This document shows positions 38,588 to 48,678 of a stretch of 64,000 nucleotides of DNA, piece after piece. Every line of letters begins with the position of its first letter. Within the stretch, counting starts at the first letter, position 1. Made by a program: the position numbers and the translations under genes. The notes beneath the pieces are model-generated. The model had not been told where the DNA came from. It saw nothing but the letters and a program-made list of their open reading frames with translations, and searched no databases. The DNA is from Arcobacteraceae bacterium (GTDB taxonomy: Bacteria > Campylobacterota > Campylobacteria > Campylobacterales > Arcobacteraceae). Where the stretch lies: NCBI GenBank assembly GCA_048268245.1, contig JBLWVX010000008.1:1-64000 (forward strand), given 5' to 3'.

Positions 38588-40378
38588 TTAAGATAAAAAC
38601 TCTTTTTTATACCATAAAGAGAAAACAAACAATGAGTAAAGATGCTGTTTAAATTTTCTTTGTTTTGATAGCTCATAAATATGTTTTACATATTCATCAT
38701 TAAAAAGGTTTGTATGTTTATTTACATCAAGAATTGTTTCTAAAATCGAGTTTCCATACTCTTGATTTAGCCACTCATTAAAAGGAGAGTTAAAACCTTT
38801 TTTTGTTCTATTTATGATTTGTTTTGGTATATACGTTGAAGCAATTTTCTTTAATAAATATTTATTTGTATTTCCAACTTTAATATCTGATTGAATACTA
38901 AACATATAATTCACTAAATTAAAATCTAAAAATGGAGTTCGCACTTCCAAAGAGTTTCTCATAGAAATTCTATCAACCTTTGAAAGTAATCCTTCGCCTA
39001 ACCAAATTTTTAAATCAATATAACTCATCCAATCAACTGGATCTTTTTTTGCTTTCTCATTTTTAAAAGTTGGAACTTTTTTAAAAAGTCTCTTTTTTTG
39101 AATATCTGTATATATTTCCCCAAAAGAGTTATAAAGATTTTGTTTTTTAACAATTCTTCTTAGATACTCACTCTCTTTAGTATTGTTTTGCAGTGCACCA
39201 ATAATATCATCCAAAAATTCATTTTGATCATTTGATAGAGTTTTCTCAAAATCATAGTATTTTAAAAATTTTGCATAATTATCATAACCTAAAAAAATCT
39301 CATCACTACCTTCACCTGATAAAACAGTTTTTATTCCACTTTGATGAATCTTTTTAGTAAGAATATTCAAAGGAATTGCAGCAGAATCACCATGTGGCTC
39401 TTCTAAAGCTTCTAAACTATCTTCAAAATGCTCAATAAAGTCTTTTTTAGATATCTCAACTGGATTATGATTTGAACCTATATGTTCTGCTGTAATCTTT
39501 GCATAATCTAATTCACAATAGTTTTTATACTCATTGTATCCAACAGAAAAAGTATTTATTTTCTTCCCTGATATTTTTGTATATAAAGCAGATACAAGTG
39601 AGCTATCAATTCCACCACTTAAAAGTGAGGCAACTTCAACATCAGATGTTAGTCTTGATTCAACTGCATTAAATAAAAGCTCTTCAATCTTCTCTAAAGC
39701 CTCATTTTCGTCTTTTACTGCTTTATAAGTGTTTATCTTATAGAAACGCTTCTTTTTAAGCTGTGAGTCTTTATTTGGCTCATAAACCATATATGTTGCA
39801 GCATCAAGTTTAAAAATGTCTTGAAAGAAAGTATCTTCACCAAAAGATACAAAATATTGCATATATTTAGAAAGTGCTACTTTATTTAGTTTTGGTTTGG
39901 AATCAAGTAGATTTACAACAGATTTAATAGAAGAAGAAAAAATAAACTTTTTATCTTTAAAGTAATAGAAGAATGGTTTTTTTCCATATCTATCCCTAGC
40001 ACAAAAATATCTATTCTTTTTTATATCATAAAGTGTAAAAGAAAACATTCCATTTAGCTTATTTAAAAAATCAAATTCATATTTTTGATAAAGTCTTATT
40101 AAAACTTCACTATCACTTTTTGTTTTACATTCAAGCTGTTCATCAATAATTAATTGTTTATAATTGTAAATCTCACCATTGAAAACTAAAACTATATCAT
40201 CAAAAAACATAGGCTGATTAGCTTCTTGGTCTAAATCAATAATAGCAAGTCTTGTATGTCCAAACTCTTTATCTTCAATTTTTATTGAATTTTGATAATC
40301 TGGACCTCTATTATTTAACATTTTCAAAGAAGAAGCAAAATTTTCACTTATAAAATTTGTTCCTAAAATTCCACACAT
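38588..40378 (-). CDS. asnB: Asparagine synthase (glutamine-hydrolysing) family amidotransferase
   Basis: MCGI start at 40378, RGPD, LSGGIDSS, SGEGSDE, EVRTPFLD. Confidence 0.92.
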   Translation of the reverse strand: MCGILGTNFISENFASSLKMLNNRGPDYQNSIKIEDKEFGHTRLAIIDLDQEANQPMFFDDIVLVFNGEIYNYKQLIIDEQLECKTKSDSEVLIRLYQKYEFDFLNKLNGMFSFTLYDIKKNRYFCARDRYGKKPFFYYFKDKKFIFSSSIKSVVNLLDSKPKLNKVALSKYMQYFVSFGEDTFFQDIFKLDAATYMVYEPNKDSQLKKKRFYKINTYKAVKDENEALEKIEELLFNAVESRLTSDVEVASLLSGGIDSSLVSALYTKISGKKINTFSVGYNEYKNYCELDYAKITAEHIGSNHNPVEISKKDFIEHFEDSLEALEEPHGDSAAIPLNILTKKIHQSGIKTVLSGEGSDEIFLGYDNYAKFLKYYDFEKTLSNDQNEFLDDIIGALQNNTKESEYLRRIVKKQNLYNSFGEIYTDIQKKRLFKKVPTFKNEKAKKDPVDWMSYIDLKIWLGEGLLSKVDRISMRNSLEVRTPFLDFNLVNYMFSIQSDIKVGNTNKYLLKKIASTYIPKQIINRTKKGFNSPFNEWLNQEYGNSILETILDVNKHTNLFNDEYVKHIYELSKQRKFKQHLYSLFVFSLWYKKEFLS

Positions 40379-40379
40379 A

Positions 40380-41297
40380 TTACAATCCAAAAAAACTATT
40401 TATAATTAAAATATAAAAATACATTAAAGCAACAAAGAAAAACGAACTAACTAAAACAGAAAATGTTGTATCAATTGGTTTACAGTTATATAAAGCTGAT
40501 AAATTTACATTATTTACAGCAAGTGGTACTATTAACTCTAAAAAGATTATTGCTGAAACAAAAGGATCTATATTAAATAATAAAATAATATATAAACCAA
40601 TAATTGGTAAAATAACATGTTTAAATAAAGTAATATTTAGTGATAACTTCCAATTAGCAGTTTTTATTCTAACTTGAGACATAAATATTCCAAAGATTAC
40701 AAGCTGCATAACAATAGCTGCATAAGCACCCATAGTAAATACTTTATCAAAGTTATCACTTAATTCAAAGCCGTTATAGTTAAAAGTAAGAGCAGCAACA
40801 GCAAACCAAATAGCAGGTATTTTAAATATCTCTTTTAAAGCATCACTAAATTTAAATTTATCTCCTGCAAAGAAGTACACAGAGAAAATGTAAATAAAGA
40901 ATATATTTGCAATATTTAAAATAGAAGTATAAGGAACACTTGCCTCTCCAAATAAAGCAATACCTAAAGGAATACCAAGATTACCAGTATTTCCTACAAG
41001 GGCTGAAGCCATAAATATAGATTTATCTTGATAATTATTTCTAAAAAGCTTTAAAGAGTAAAAAAAAGCTATTCCCATAGTAATAAAAATGGCAATGAAA
41101 TATATAATTGGAGAGATAATAAACTCATCATTTATAGGTGCTCTAGTTAATCCCCAAAAAATTAGTATAGGTTGTAAAAAATACAAGTTTAAAATTACAA
41201 AACTTCTTTCATTCACTTCATTTTTAAAAATACGTTTAAAGGTAAAACCAATAAGAATAAAGATGTATATAGTTGCCACAGAGACTAATGCTTCGAT
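40380..41297 (-). CDS. AEC-family transporter (start uncertain: GTG 41279 or ATC 41297)
   Basis: About 10 TMs, GNTGNLGIPL. Confidence 0.85.
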   Translation of the reverse strand: MEALVSVATIYIFILIGFTFKRIFKNEVNERSFVILNLYFLQPILIFWGLTRAPINDEFIISPIIYFIAIFITMGIAFFYSLKLFRNNYQDKSIFMASALVGNTGNLGIPLGIALFGEASVPYTSILNIANIFFIYIFSVYFFAGDKFKFSDALKEIFKIPAIWFAVAALTFNYNGFELSDNFDKVFTMGAYAAIVMQLVIFGIFMSQVRIKTANWKLSLNITLFKHVILPIIGLYIILLFNIDPFVSAIIFLELIVPLAVNNVNLSALYNCKPIDTTFSVLVSSFFFVALMYFYILIINSFFGL

Positions 41298-41363
41298 AGT
41301 ATATCCTAAATTATTTTTTCGAATTTTATCATAATGTAATATAATCTTAGCTATATTTTCTAA

Positions 41364-41750
41364 ATGTATGAAAATTTAAAAAACAAAACGGTTTTATATA
41401 TTGAAGATGATAAATTTATTAGAGAACAAACTTCTTCTCTATTAAATGTTGTATTTGGAAATGTACATACTGCGGAAAATGGACAAGAAGGCCTTACTTT
41501 ATTTAAAGAACACTCAAGTAATATAGATGCTATTATTACTGATATAAATATGCCTATTCTAACAGGTATTCAAATGTGTAAGGAACTTAGAAGTTGTAGT
41601 AGTTTTGATACCCCAATTATTGGAGTATCAGCATATTCAGATGATGATAATATGCTAAATGAATCAAAAAACTTATTTACTTTGTATCTTAGAAAACCTA
41701 TTGAGATAAAAGATTTAATTGACTCAATTGAAGAGGTTATTACAGGATAA
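41364..41750 (+). CDS. Single-domain response regulator
   Basis: LYIEDD, ITDINMP, KP. Confidence 0.9.
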   Translation: MYENLKNKTVLYIEDDKFIREQTSSLLNVVFGNVHTAENGQEGLTLFKEHSSNIDAIITDINMPILTGIQMCKELRSCSSFDTPIIGVSAYSDDDNMLNESKNLFTLYLRKPIEIKDLIDSIEEVITG

Positions 41751-41754
41751 TAAA

Positions 41755-43335
41755 TTATCCCATAATACCTTTAATCATAAAGAAGATAGCAGCACTTAGC
41801 ATTGCAGCAGCTGGTACTGTAATAATCCAAGCAGCTACAATTTTCTTAACTGCATCTCTTTTTACATATTTTGTACTTTTTGCTTCTTTTACATCTTTTT
41901 TCTCTTGCTTAACAACTTCTTGTTTTTCTTCAATACCTTTGTATAATTCGACAATTCTCACATAATCAGATTTAGATTTTTTCTCAATAGCTTCTAATTC
42001 ATCTAACTCAGCTGTCATAGAGTCAAGCTCTTTTTTATGCTTTTTAAATTTCTTTCTTAATTGTTGAACAGCTCTTGTTTCATGGTTATCTAAATACTCT
42101 CTTAAGAAACCAACACCAAATACACCACCAACTGCAATATGAGTTGATGAAACAGGTAATCCTAATTGAGAAGCAATAATTACTGTAATAGCAGCAGCCA
42201 TAGCAATAGAAAATGCTCTCATTTGATCAAGTTCAGTAATCTCAGAACCAACAGTTTTAATAAGCTTAGGACCGAATAGGGCAAGACCAACAGCAATACC
42301 AAGAGCACCAACAGCCATAACCCAAAAAGGAATATCAACTTTAGAGTTAATACCATTACTCATAATTGCATCATTAATAGCAGCTAATGGTCCAATTGCA
42401 TTAGCAACATCATTTGCACCATGGGCAAAAGAAAGAAGTGCAGCAGCAAAAATTAAAGGAATTGTAAATAAACTATTTACAGAGGCTCTATCATTTTCTA
42501 ATTTATCAGAAGCTTTTGCAATCATTGGTTTTACTACAAAATAAACAATAGCAGCAATTATTAAACCAATAATTGAAGCTGTAATAAAATCTAATTTAAT
42601 GATTTTTTTAATTCCTTTTAGAATTAAGTAAGTAGAGAATGACCAAGTCATAATGGCTATTAAATAAGGAACAACAACTTTAGCAGAATTAATCATATCT
42701 TTTTTAAAGACTATTTTGCTCTTAATCAAATACAAGAACCCAGCTGCAATTAAACCTCCAAGAACTGGTGAAATAACCCAAGAAGCAGCAATTTTTCCCA
42801 TAGTTCCCCATGAAACAATAGCAAAACCAGCAGCAGCAATACCAGCACCCATTACTCCACCAACAATAGAGTGAGTAGTTGATACAGGAGCTCCAATAGA
42901 AGTAGCGAAGTTAAGCCATAAAGCAGCCGATAGTAACGCAGCTGTCATAGCCCAAATAAAGATTTGAGGATCAGCAATTAAAGCTGGATCAATAATACCT
43001 TTTTTAATTGTTTTTACAACATCTCCACCTGCAATAAAAGCACCCAGTGCTTCAAAAATTGCAGCTATTATGATAGCCCACATAAGTGTAAGTGCCTTAG
43101 AACCAACAGCAGGTCCTACGTTATTTGCAACATCATTTGCACCTATATTCATAGCCATATATGCACCAAATACAGCACCAATAATCAGAAATGAATTATT
43201 AGGAACATCTCCATGAGATGTGTAAGACCATAAGAATACTAATGCTACGAATAGCAATGCTAATGAAACTTTTGCAAAACCAGGAAGTGTCTTGTCAGTA
43301 GCTTTTTCAAGCTTGTTATATGTTTTAATGTCCAA
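41755..43335 (-). CDS. PiT-family inorganic phosphate transporter
   Basis: Two GANDVAN motifs, PVSTTH/PVSSTH; likely TTG start 43335. Confidence 0.92.
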   Translation of the reverse strand: MDIKTYNKLEKATDKTLPGFAKVSLALLFVALVFLWSYTSHGDVPNNSFLIIGAVFGAYMAMNIGANDVANNVGPAVGSKALTLMWAIIIAAIFEALGAFIAGGDVVKTIKKGIIDPALIADPQIFIWAMTAALLSAALWLNFATSIGAPVSTTHSIVGGVMGAGIAAAGFAIVSWGTMGKIAASWVISPVLGGLIAAGFLYLIKSKIVFKKDMINSAKVVVPYLIAIMTWSFSTYLILKGIKKIIKLDFITASIIGLIIAAIVYFVVKPMIAKASDKLENDRASVNSLFTIPLIFAAALLSFAHGANDVANAIGPLAAINDAIMSNGINSKVDIPFWVMAVGALGIAVGLALFGPKLIKTVGSEITELDQMRAFSIAMAAAITVIIASQLGLPVSSTHIAVGGVFGVGFLREYLDNHETRAVQQLRKKFKKHKKELDSMTAELDELEAIEKKSKSDYVRIVELYKGIEEKQEVVKQEKKDVKEAKSTKYVKRDAVKKIVAAWIITVPAAAMLSAAIFFMIKGIMG

Positions 43336-43594
43336 TGTAACCCTTTTAGAAACCATTTTGTAACTTAAATTTATTAATATTTTAATGGATAGTTCCTTAC
43401 TTATCATTTAAGAAAACTTAAAGTTATTATGACTAAAATACCTATATTACAGCATATCTCTATATTATATTCCTGATTTTTTTTCAAATTCTTTTTAAAT
43501 CTTATTTATTTAGTGTTATATCCAAATTTGACAAAAATATTTTTTTTATATATAATAGTCATATAATATAGATAAAATATATAAAGGAGATAAA

Positions 43595-43810
43595 ATGAGA
43601 GTAACAATTCTTTCTAAAAAAGATCTTCCAAATATCGAAAAAATACAAGATGAGTTTGATATTTTTAGAGTAGTAAAAGTAAAAACTAGAGAAAAGCTTG
43701 ATATGATTGAGTTTTTTAATAAAGATGGTGTATTTAGAGGTTTTGGTAAAGATACAAAAGCAGCTTATAAAAAAGCTAAGAAAGCTTTAAAAAGCTATTA
43801 TAATCAATAG
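43595..43810 (+). CDS. Hypothetical protein
   Basis: 71-aa ORF with AGGAG SD. Confidence 0.7.
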   Translation: MRVTILSKKDLPNIEKIQDEFDIFRVVKVKTREKLDMIEFFNKDGVFRGFGKDTKAAYKKAKKALKSYYNQ

Positions 43811-43819
43811 AAGAAGAGA

Positions 43820-45325
43820 TTAATCTCTTCTTCTATTTCTGCTTCCACCACTTGAGTTTCCACCTCTTGAACCTCTAGAGTCTCTATTTCTAGAATCTCT
43901 TCTTCCATTGTTTCCACCTCTTGAACCATTTCTTGATCCACCTCTGTGTCCACCTCTTGAGTTTCTATTTCCGCCTCTTTTATCAGAACCGCTACTATTT
44001 TTAGCTCTTTCAATTAATCTTTCAATATCATTTTCAGATTTACCTATCTTATTGTTACCTTTAACATAAGTAGACTCCGAAATCATTGAAGCTAATTTAA
44101 ATGCAATAGTTGAAATATCAAACTCTTCTTTTAAATCTTCAACAAGTTGTAAAGCATGATCTTTAACATCTTGGTTTGTAATCTTTTGTTTTAAATCAGT
44201 TACTTTTTTCTCTTTTACAGAAGAGATATTAGGAACTTGTTTACCTTCAAGTTTAGAACCTGTAGTTTTTTCAATTTTTTGAAGCATTCTAAATTCGTGT
44301 GGAGTTACAATTGAAACTGCCATACCTTCTTTTCCTGCTCTACCTGTTCTACCAATTCTATGTACATAAGACTCAGAATCAAATGGTAAATGGTAATTAA
44401 ATACGTGAGTTACATCACTTACATCAAGTCCTCTTGCAGCAACGTCTGTTGCAATTAAGATTTCTAATTTAGATGTTTTAAAAGCTCTAATAGCTTCTTC
44501 TCTTTGTCTTTGCTCCATATCACCATGAAGACCTTTAGCCATGTATCCTTGAGATACTAAAAATGTAGATAATCTATCAACTTCTTTTTTTGTTCTACAG
44601 AAAATGATTGATTTATCAGGGTTTTTAAAATCAAATAGTCTGATTAAAGCATCATCTCTTTCATGCTCATCAACTACGTAATATGTTTGAGTAATTTTTG
44701 AATTCGTTACTTCTTTTTTTGTAATAGTAATAAACTCAGGCTCAACTAAAATTGTTCTAGCTAAATTTTTAATTGCTGTAGGCATAGTAGCAGAGAAAAG
44801 AACTGTTTGTCTTGTTGCTGGCATAAAAGTGAAAATCTCTTTAATGTCGTCTAAGAATCCCATATCTAACATCTCATCAGCTTCATCTAAAACTACATAA
44901 GATGGTTTAATATCAATTTTCTTATCTCTTAATAAATCTAAAAATCTACCTGGTGTTGCAATAATTACACTTGCATTTGCAATGTGTTTTAATTGTCTTG
45001 AATATGATTGTCCACCATAAACAGTTGCTGTATTAATACCTAAAAATTTTCCAAACCTAAAAATTTCATCAGAAACTTGCATCGCAAGCTCTCTTGTTGG
45101 AACTATTATAACTGCTTCAACCGAACCATCACACTTGATCATATTTAATATTGGAAGACCAAAAGCAGCTGTCTTTCCAGTACCAGTTTGAGCTTGTCCT
45201 ACAATATCCTTACCGCTTAAAACAACAGGAATTGCTTTCTCTTGAATAGGACTTGGCTCTTGAAATCCAGCACTGTCTATCGCCTTTTGTAAATCTTCTT
45301 TTAAATTAAATTCGTTAAATGTCAT
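43820..45325 (-). CDS. DEAD-box RNA helicase
   Basis: AQTGTGKT, PTRELA, DEAD, SAT, HRIGRTGR, RGG-rich tail. Confidence 0.96.
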   Translation of the reverse strand: MTFNEFNLKEDLQKAIDSAGFQEPSPIQEKAIPVVLSGKDIVGQAQTGTGKTAAFGLPILNMIKCDGSVEAVIIVPTRELAMQVSDEIFRFGKFLGINTATVYGGQSYSRQLKHIANASVIIATPGRFLDLLRDKKIDIKPSYVVLDEADEMLDMGFLDDIKEIFTFMPATRQTVLFSATMPTAIKNLARTILVEPEFITITKKEVTNSKITQTYYVVDEHERDDALIRLFDFKNPDKSIIFCRTKKEVDRLSTFLVSQGYMAKGLHGDMEQRQREEAIRAFKTSKLEILIATDVAARGLDVSDVTHVFNYHLPFDSESYVHRIGRTGRAGKEGMAVSIVTPHEFRMLQKIEKTTGSKLEGKQVPNISSVKEKKVTDLKQKITNQDVKDHALQLVEDLKEEFDISTIAFKLASMISESTYVKGNNKIGKSENDIERLIERAKNSSGSDKRGGNRNSRGGHRGGSRNGSRGGNNGRRDSRNRDSRGSRGGNSSGGSRNRRRD

Positions 45326-45540
45326 TCGTTACCTTAGTATAATTTGTAAAATTGATACACAGGATTATATAGTTATCTTCTCAATAATTGAACATAAACA
45401 TTTGTACTAATGTGTTGTTTTTTGTGAGTAGGTCAGCTTATTATAATATTCTTTTCGTATAAAAGAATTAATAGGGTATATAAAATGTGTATAATTTGAA
45501 GTCATTATACTTAATTTTATATAAATTTAAGCTTTAAGGA

Positions 45541-45567
45541 TAAAAGAGGCTATTTTAGCCTCTTTTA
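45541..45567 (-). terminator. Intrinsic terminator after accC
   Basis: taaaagaggcta / tagcctctttta. Confidence 0.8.
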
Positions 45568-46920
45568 TTATAAATCTTCTAGGCTTTTGTAACCTTCAAG
45601 ATATTTAGTGTCATAGTTATTTGAAATAAAGTCTTCATTTTCCATCATTTTTTGGTGGAATGGAATAGTTGTTTTAATTCCTTCTACTTCAAACTCATTT
45701 AAAGCTCTTTTCATAATGTTAATAGCTTTATTTCTATCTCTTCCCCAAACAATTAGTTTACCAATCATTGAGTCGTAATATGGTGGTACTACATAACCAG
45801 CATATACATGAGAATCAACCCTTACATTTCTTCCACCTGGAACAAACCATTGTTTTACTTTTCCAGGACAAGGTAAGAATGAGTTTGGATCTTCAGCTGT
45901 AATTCTAACTTCAATAGAATGACCTCTGAACTTGATTTTTTCTTGAGGAGGTAACTCTTCACCTTCTGCAACTTTAATCATTAATTCAATAATGTCAATT
46001 CCTGATACCATTTCAGATACAGGGTGCTCAACTTGAAGTCTAGTATTCATTTCCATAAAGTAAATGTTTTGTTTATCATCTGCTAAAAATTCAAAAGTAC
46101 CAGCACCTTCATATTTTAGGTATTTAGTAGCTTTTACTGCAACATCATGTAAATGTGCTCTTGTTTCATCATTTAATAAAATTGCAGGTGATTCTTCAAT
46201 AACTTTTTGATGTCTTCTTTGTAATGAACAATCTCTCTCACCAATATGGATAGCGTTACCATGAGAATCTCCAACAACCTGAACTTCAATGTGTCTTGGG
46301 TTATTAATAAATCTCTCTAAATACATTGTACCATCACCAAATGCAGCTAATGCTTCTGAAGATGCAGCCATAAATAATTGATCGAATTCAGACTCTTCCA
46401 TGATAAGTCTCATTCCTCTACCACCACCACCAGCAGATGCTTTAGCCATAATAGGGTAACCAATCTCCTGTGCAGCTTTTCTAGCTTCTTCAAGTGTATG
46501 TACTGCACCATCAGAACCAGGAACTACAGGAACACCAGCTCTAATCATCTCTTCTTTTGCTTTAGATTTATCAGCCATTTTCTCCATTACATCAGTAGAA
46601 GGACCAATAAATTTAATACCATGTAGCTTACAAATTTCAACAAAGTCTTGGTTTTCAGATAAGAAACCATAACCTGGGAAGATTGCATCACATCCAGTCA
46701 TTTCTGCTGCTGTAATAATTGCAGGAATGTTTAAATATGAATCAGATGACTTAGCGCCACCAATACATACTGCTTCATCTGCATGCTTTAAATAAGAAGC
46801 ATTTTTATCTCCAGCAGAGTAAACAGCAACAGACTTTTTACCCATCTCTCTAATAGTTCTAATAGCTCTTTGAACTATTTCACCTCTATTAGCGATTAAT
46901 ATTTTTTTAATTTCTGCCAT
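45568..46920 (-). CDS. accC: Acetyl-CoA carboxylase biotin carboxylase
   Basis: ANRGEI, GGGGRGM, EMNTRLQVEH, YDSMIGKL. Confidence 0.96.
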   Translation of the reverse strand: MAEIKKILIANRGEIVQRAIRTIREMGKKSVAVYSAGDKNASYLKHADEAVCIGGAKSSDSYLNIPAIITAAEMTGCDAIFPGYGFLSENQDFVEICKLHGIKFIGPSTDVMEKMADKSKAKEEMIRAGVPVVPGSDGAVHTLEEARKAAQEIGYPIMAKASAGGGGRGMRLIMEESEFDQLFMAASSEALAAFGDGTMYLERFINNPRHIEVQVVGDSHGNAIHIGERDCSLQRRHQKVIEESPAILLNDETRAHLHDVAVKATKYLKYEGAGTFEFLADDKQNIYFMEMNTRLQVEHPVSEMVSGIDIIELMIKVAEGEELPPQEKIKFRGHSIEVRITAEDPNSFLPCPGKVKQWFVPGGRNVRVDSHVYAGYVVPPYYDSMIGKLIVWGRDRNKAINIMKRALNEFEVEGIKTTIPFHQKMMENEDFISNNYDTKYLEGYKSLEDL

Positions 46921-46932
46921 AATTAGCTCTTA

Positions 46933-47388
46933 TTATAATTTTTCAACAACAAAAATTGGCATATCATATTCAACAGGGTCACCGTCTTTTACTAATACTT
47001 CAACAATCTTACAATCAAACTCTGCTTCAACTTCATTCATAATTTTCATTGCTTCTAAGATACATAAAGTTTGACCTTTTTTAACAGTATCTCCAACTTT
47101 TACAAATGCTGGTGCTTCAGGAGATGGAGAAGCGTAGAAAGTTCCTACCATTGGTGATTTAATACTTTCACCTGCTAAAGCAGCAGCTGGTGTAGCTTGT
47201 GCTACAGGTGCTGCAACTGGTGCTGCAGGAGCAGCTTGTACTAATGCTGGCTCACTTGAAGTAACAATAGTACCAGATTCAAAACCTTTTTGCATAGCAA
47301 TTTCAAACTCACCTTCTTTTACTTTAAGTTTGTTAAGCTCACTCTTATCAAATACTCTTATTAGTTCTTTTATTTCTTTAAAATCCAT
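46933..47388 (-). CDS. accB: Biotin carboxyl carrier protein
   Basis: SPMVGTFY, EAMKIMN. Confidence 0.97.
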   Translation of the reverse strand: MDFKEIKELIRVFDKSELNKLKVKEGEFEIAMQKGFESGTIVTSSEPALVQAAPAAPVAAPVAQATPAAALAGESIKSPMVGTFYASPSPEAPAFVKVGDTVKKGQTLCILEAMKIMNEVEAEFDCKIVEVLVKDGDPVEYDMPIFVVEKL

Positions 47389-47559
47389 AATCAGCCTTTT
47401 AATTCGTCAAATTTTTTAGATATATTATCAAAAGTTAGATTATAACTAAATTTTTAACATATAATAAAAGCTTCCTTTAAGGAAAAAACTAATTTTTTTT
47501 ATAAATTTAATATTATTCAATTAAATTTGCTATAATTTAAAAAATTTTATAGGAATAAA

Positions 47560-48000
47560 ATGCTTAATGATCAAACATTTATAAATATAGCACATGAGAT
47601 TGCAAGTGCTTCAAAATGTGTATCTAAACAAGTTGGTGCAGTAATTGTAAAAGATGGAAGAATTCTATCAACTGGTTACAATGGTACTCCATCAGGATAT
47701 ACAAACTGTACTGACCACTGGAAAGGTGAATATACAAAAGATCATCACGACTGGTCTAAAACATATGAAATACATGCTGAAATGAATGCAATAATTTGGG
47801 CAGCAAGAAAAGGTATCAGTATTGAAGAGGCTACTATTTATGTAACATTAGAGCCGTGTAGTGAGTGTTCAAAAAACTTAATAGCTGCAGGTATTAAAAG
47901 AATAGTTTATGATAGAGCATATGAACATACAAATTCAGAAGTAGTGTCAAAGTTTATAAAAGACAATAATGTAGTAATAGAACAGGTACAGAAAAATTAG
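47560..48000 (+). CDS. dCMP deaminase family protein
   Basis: HAEMNA and PCSEC zinc motifs, TGYNG. Confidence 0.92.
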   Translation: MLNDQTFINIAHEIASASKCVSKQVGAVIVKDGRILSTGYNGTPSGYTNCTDHWKGEYTKDHHDWSKTYEIHAEMNAIIWAARKGISIEEATIYVTLEPCSECSKNLIAAGIKRIVYDRAYEHTNSEVVSKFIKDNNVVIEQVQKN

Positions 48001-48019
48001 TTTTAACAGAAAATACAAA

Positions 48020-48598
48020 ATTGGTAGTAAATATAACCATTCTTTCTATAATCATGTAATTAAAAAACATGGAATAAGTCATGAAGCAGTACACTGGCAA
48101 TCAAAATATACTCAATACAAAAGATTTGAGATTTTAACATCTTTTATAATTGATGACATAAAACAAAGTAGTATTGTAGATGCAGGTTGTGGCTTTGCAG
48201 AATTCTATATTTATCTTAAAAAAAACTCTTTAGAACCTAAAGAGTATATAGGTTTAGATATGGAAGAAGATATGATTAAACTTGCAAAAAAAAGACTTAA
48301 TCATTTAGATTTAAAAGTATCAAATATTCTAAAAGAAACCCTTTTAATAAAAGACTACTATATATGTAGTGGGGCATTAAATATTCTAACAAAAGAAGAA
48401 ACACTAATTTTTATAAGTAAATGTTTCAATAACTCAAGTAAAGGTTTTATTTTTAATTTTTTAAAAAAAGACACTCTTAACAATGTCGACTACAATGATA
48501 TTATCGAGTTTTGCAGGGAACTTCCATGTGAGATAAAAGTACAAAATGGTTACTTGGATAATGACATAAGTGTGTACTTAAAGAAATCACTTGACTAA
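48020..48598 (+). CDS. Class I SAM-dependent methyltransferase (start uncertain)
   Basis: Frame of ORF 48260 is open back to 47981 and carries VHWQS...QYKRF and IVDAGCGF upstream of the first ATG. Confidence 0.7.
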   Translation: MGSKYNHSFYNHVIKKHGISHEAVHWQSKYTQYKRFEILTSFIIDDIKQSSIVDAGCGFAEFYIYLKKNSLEPKEYIGLDMEEDMIKLAKKRLNHLDLKVSNILKETLLIKDYYICSGALNILTKEETLIFISKCFNNSSKGFIFNFLKKDTLNNVDYNDIIEFCRELPCEIKVQNGYLDNDISVYLKKSLD

Positions 48599-48619
48599 TT
48601 AGTTAAGTAAAACTCAAAA

Positions 48620-48652
48620 TATCATACATATTTCATACGCAAATTATAGAAT
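48620..48652 (+). promoter_or_regulatory. Tandem-repeat regulator box plus -10 for lutABC
   Basis: TATCAT-ACATA-TTTCAT-N10-TAGAAT (TCATAC repeated at 11-bp period). Confidence 0.6.
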
Positions 48653-48678
48653 TAGTCTATAACAACAAAGGAGTATGT

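Noticed and set aside
43804..44013. 69-aa acidic repetitive ORF
   Set aside because: Alternate frame of the helicase RGG-rich tail.
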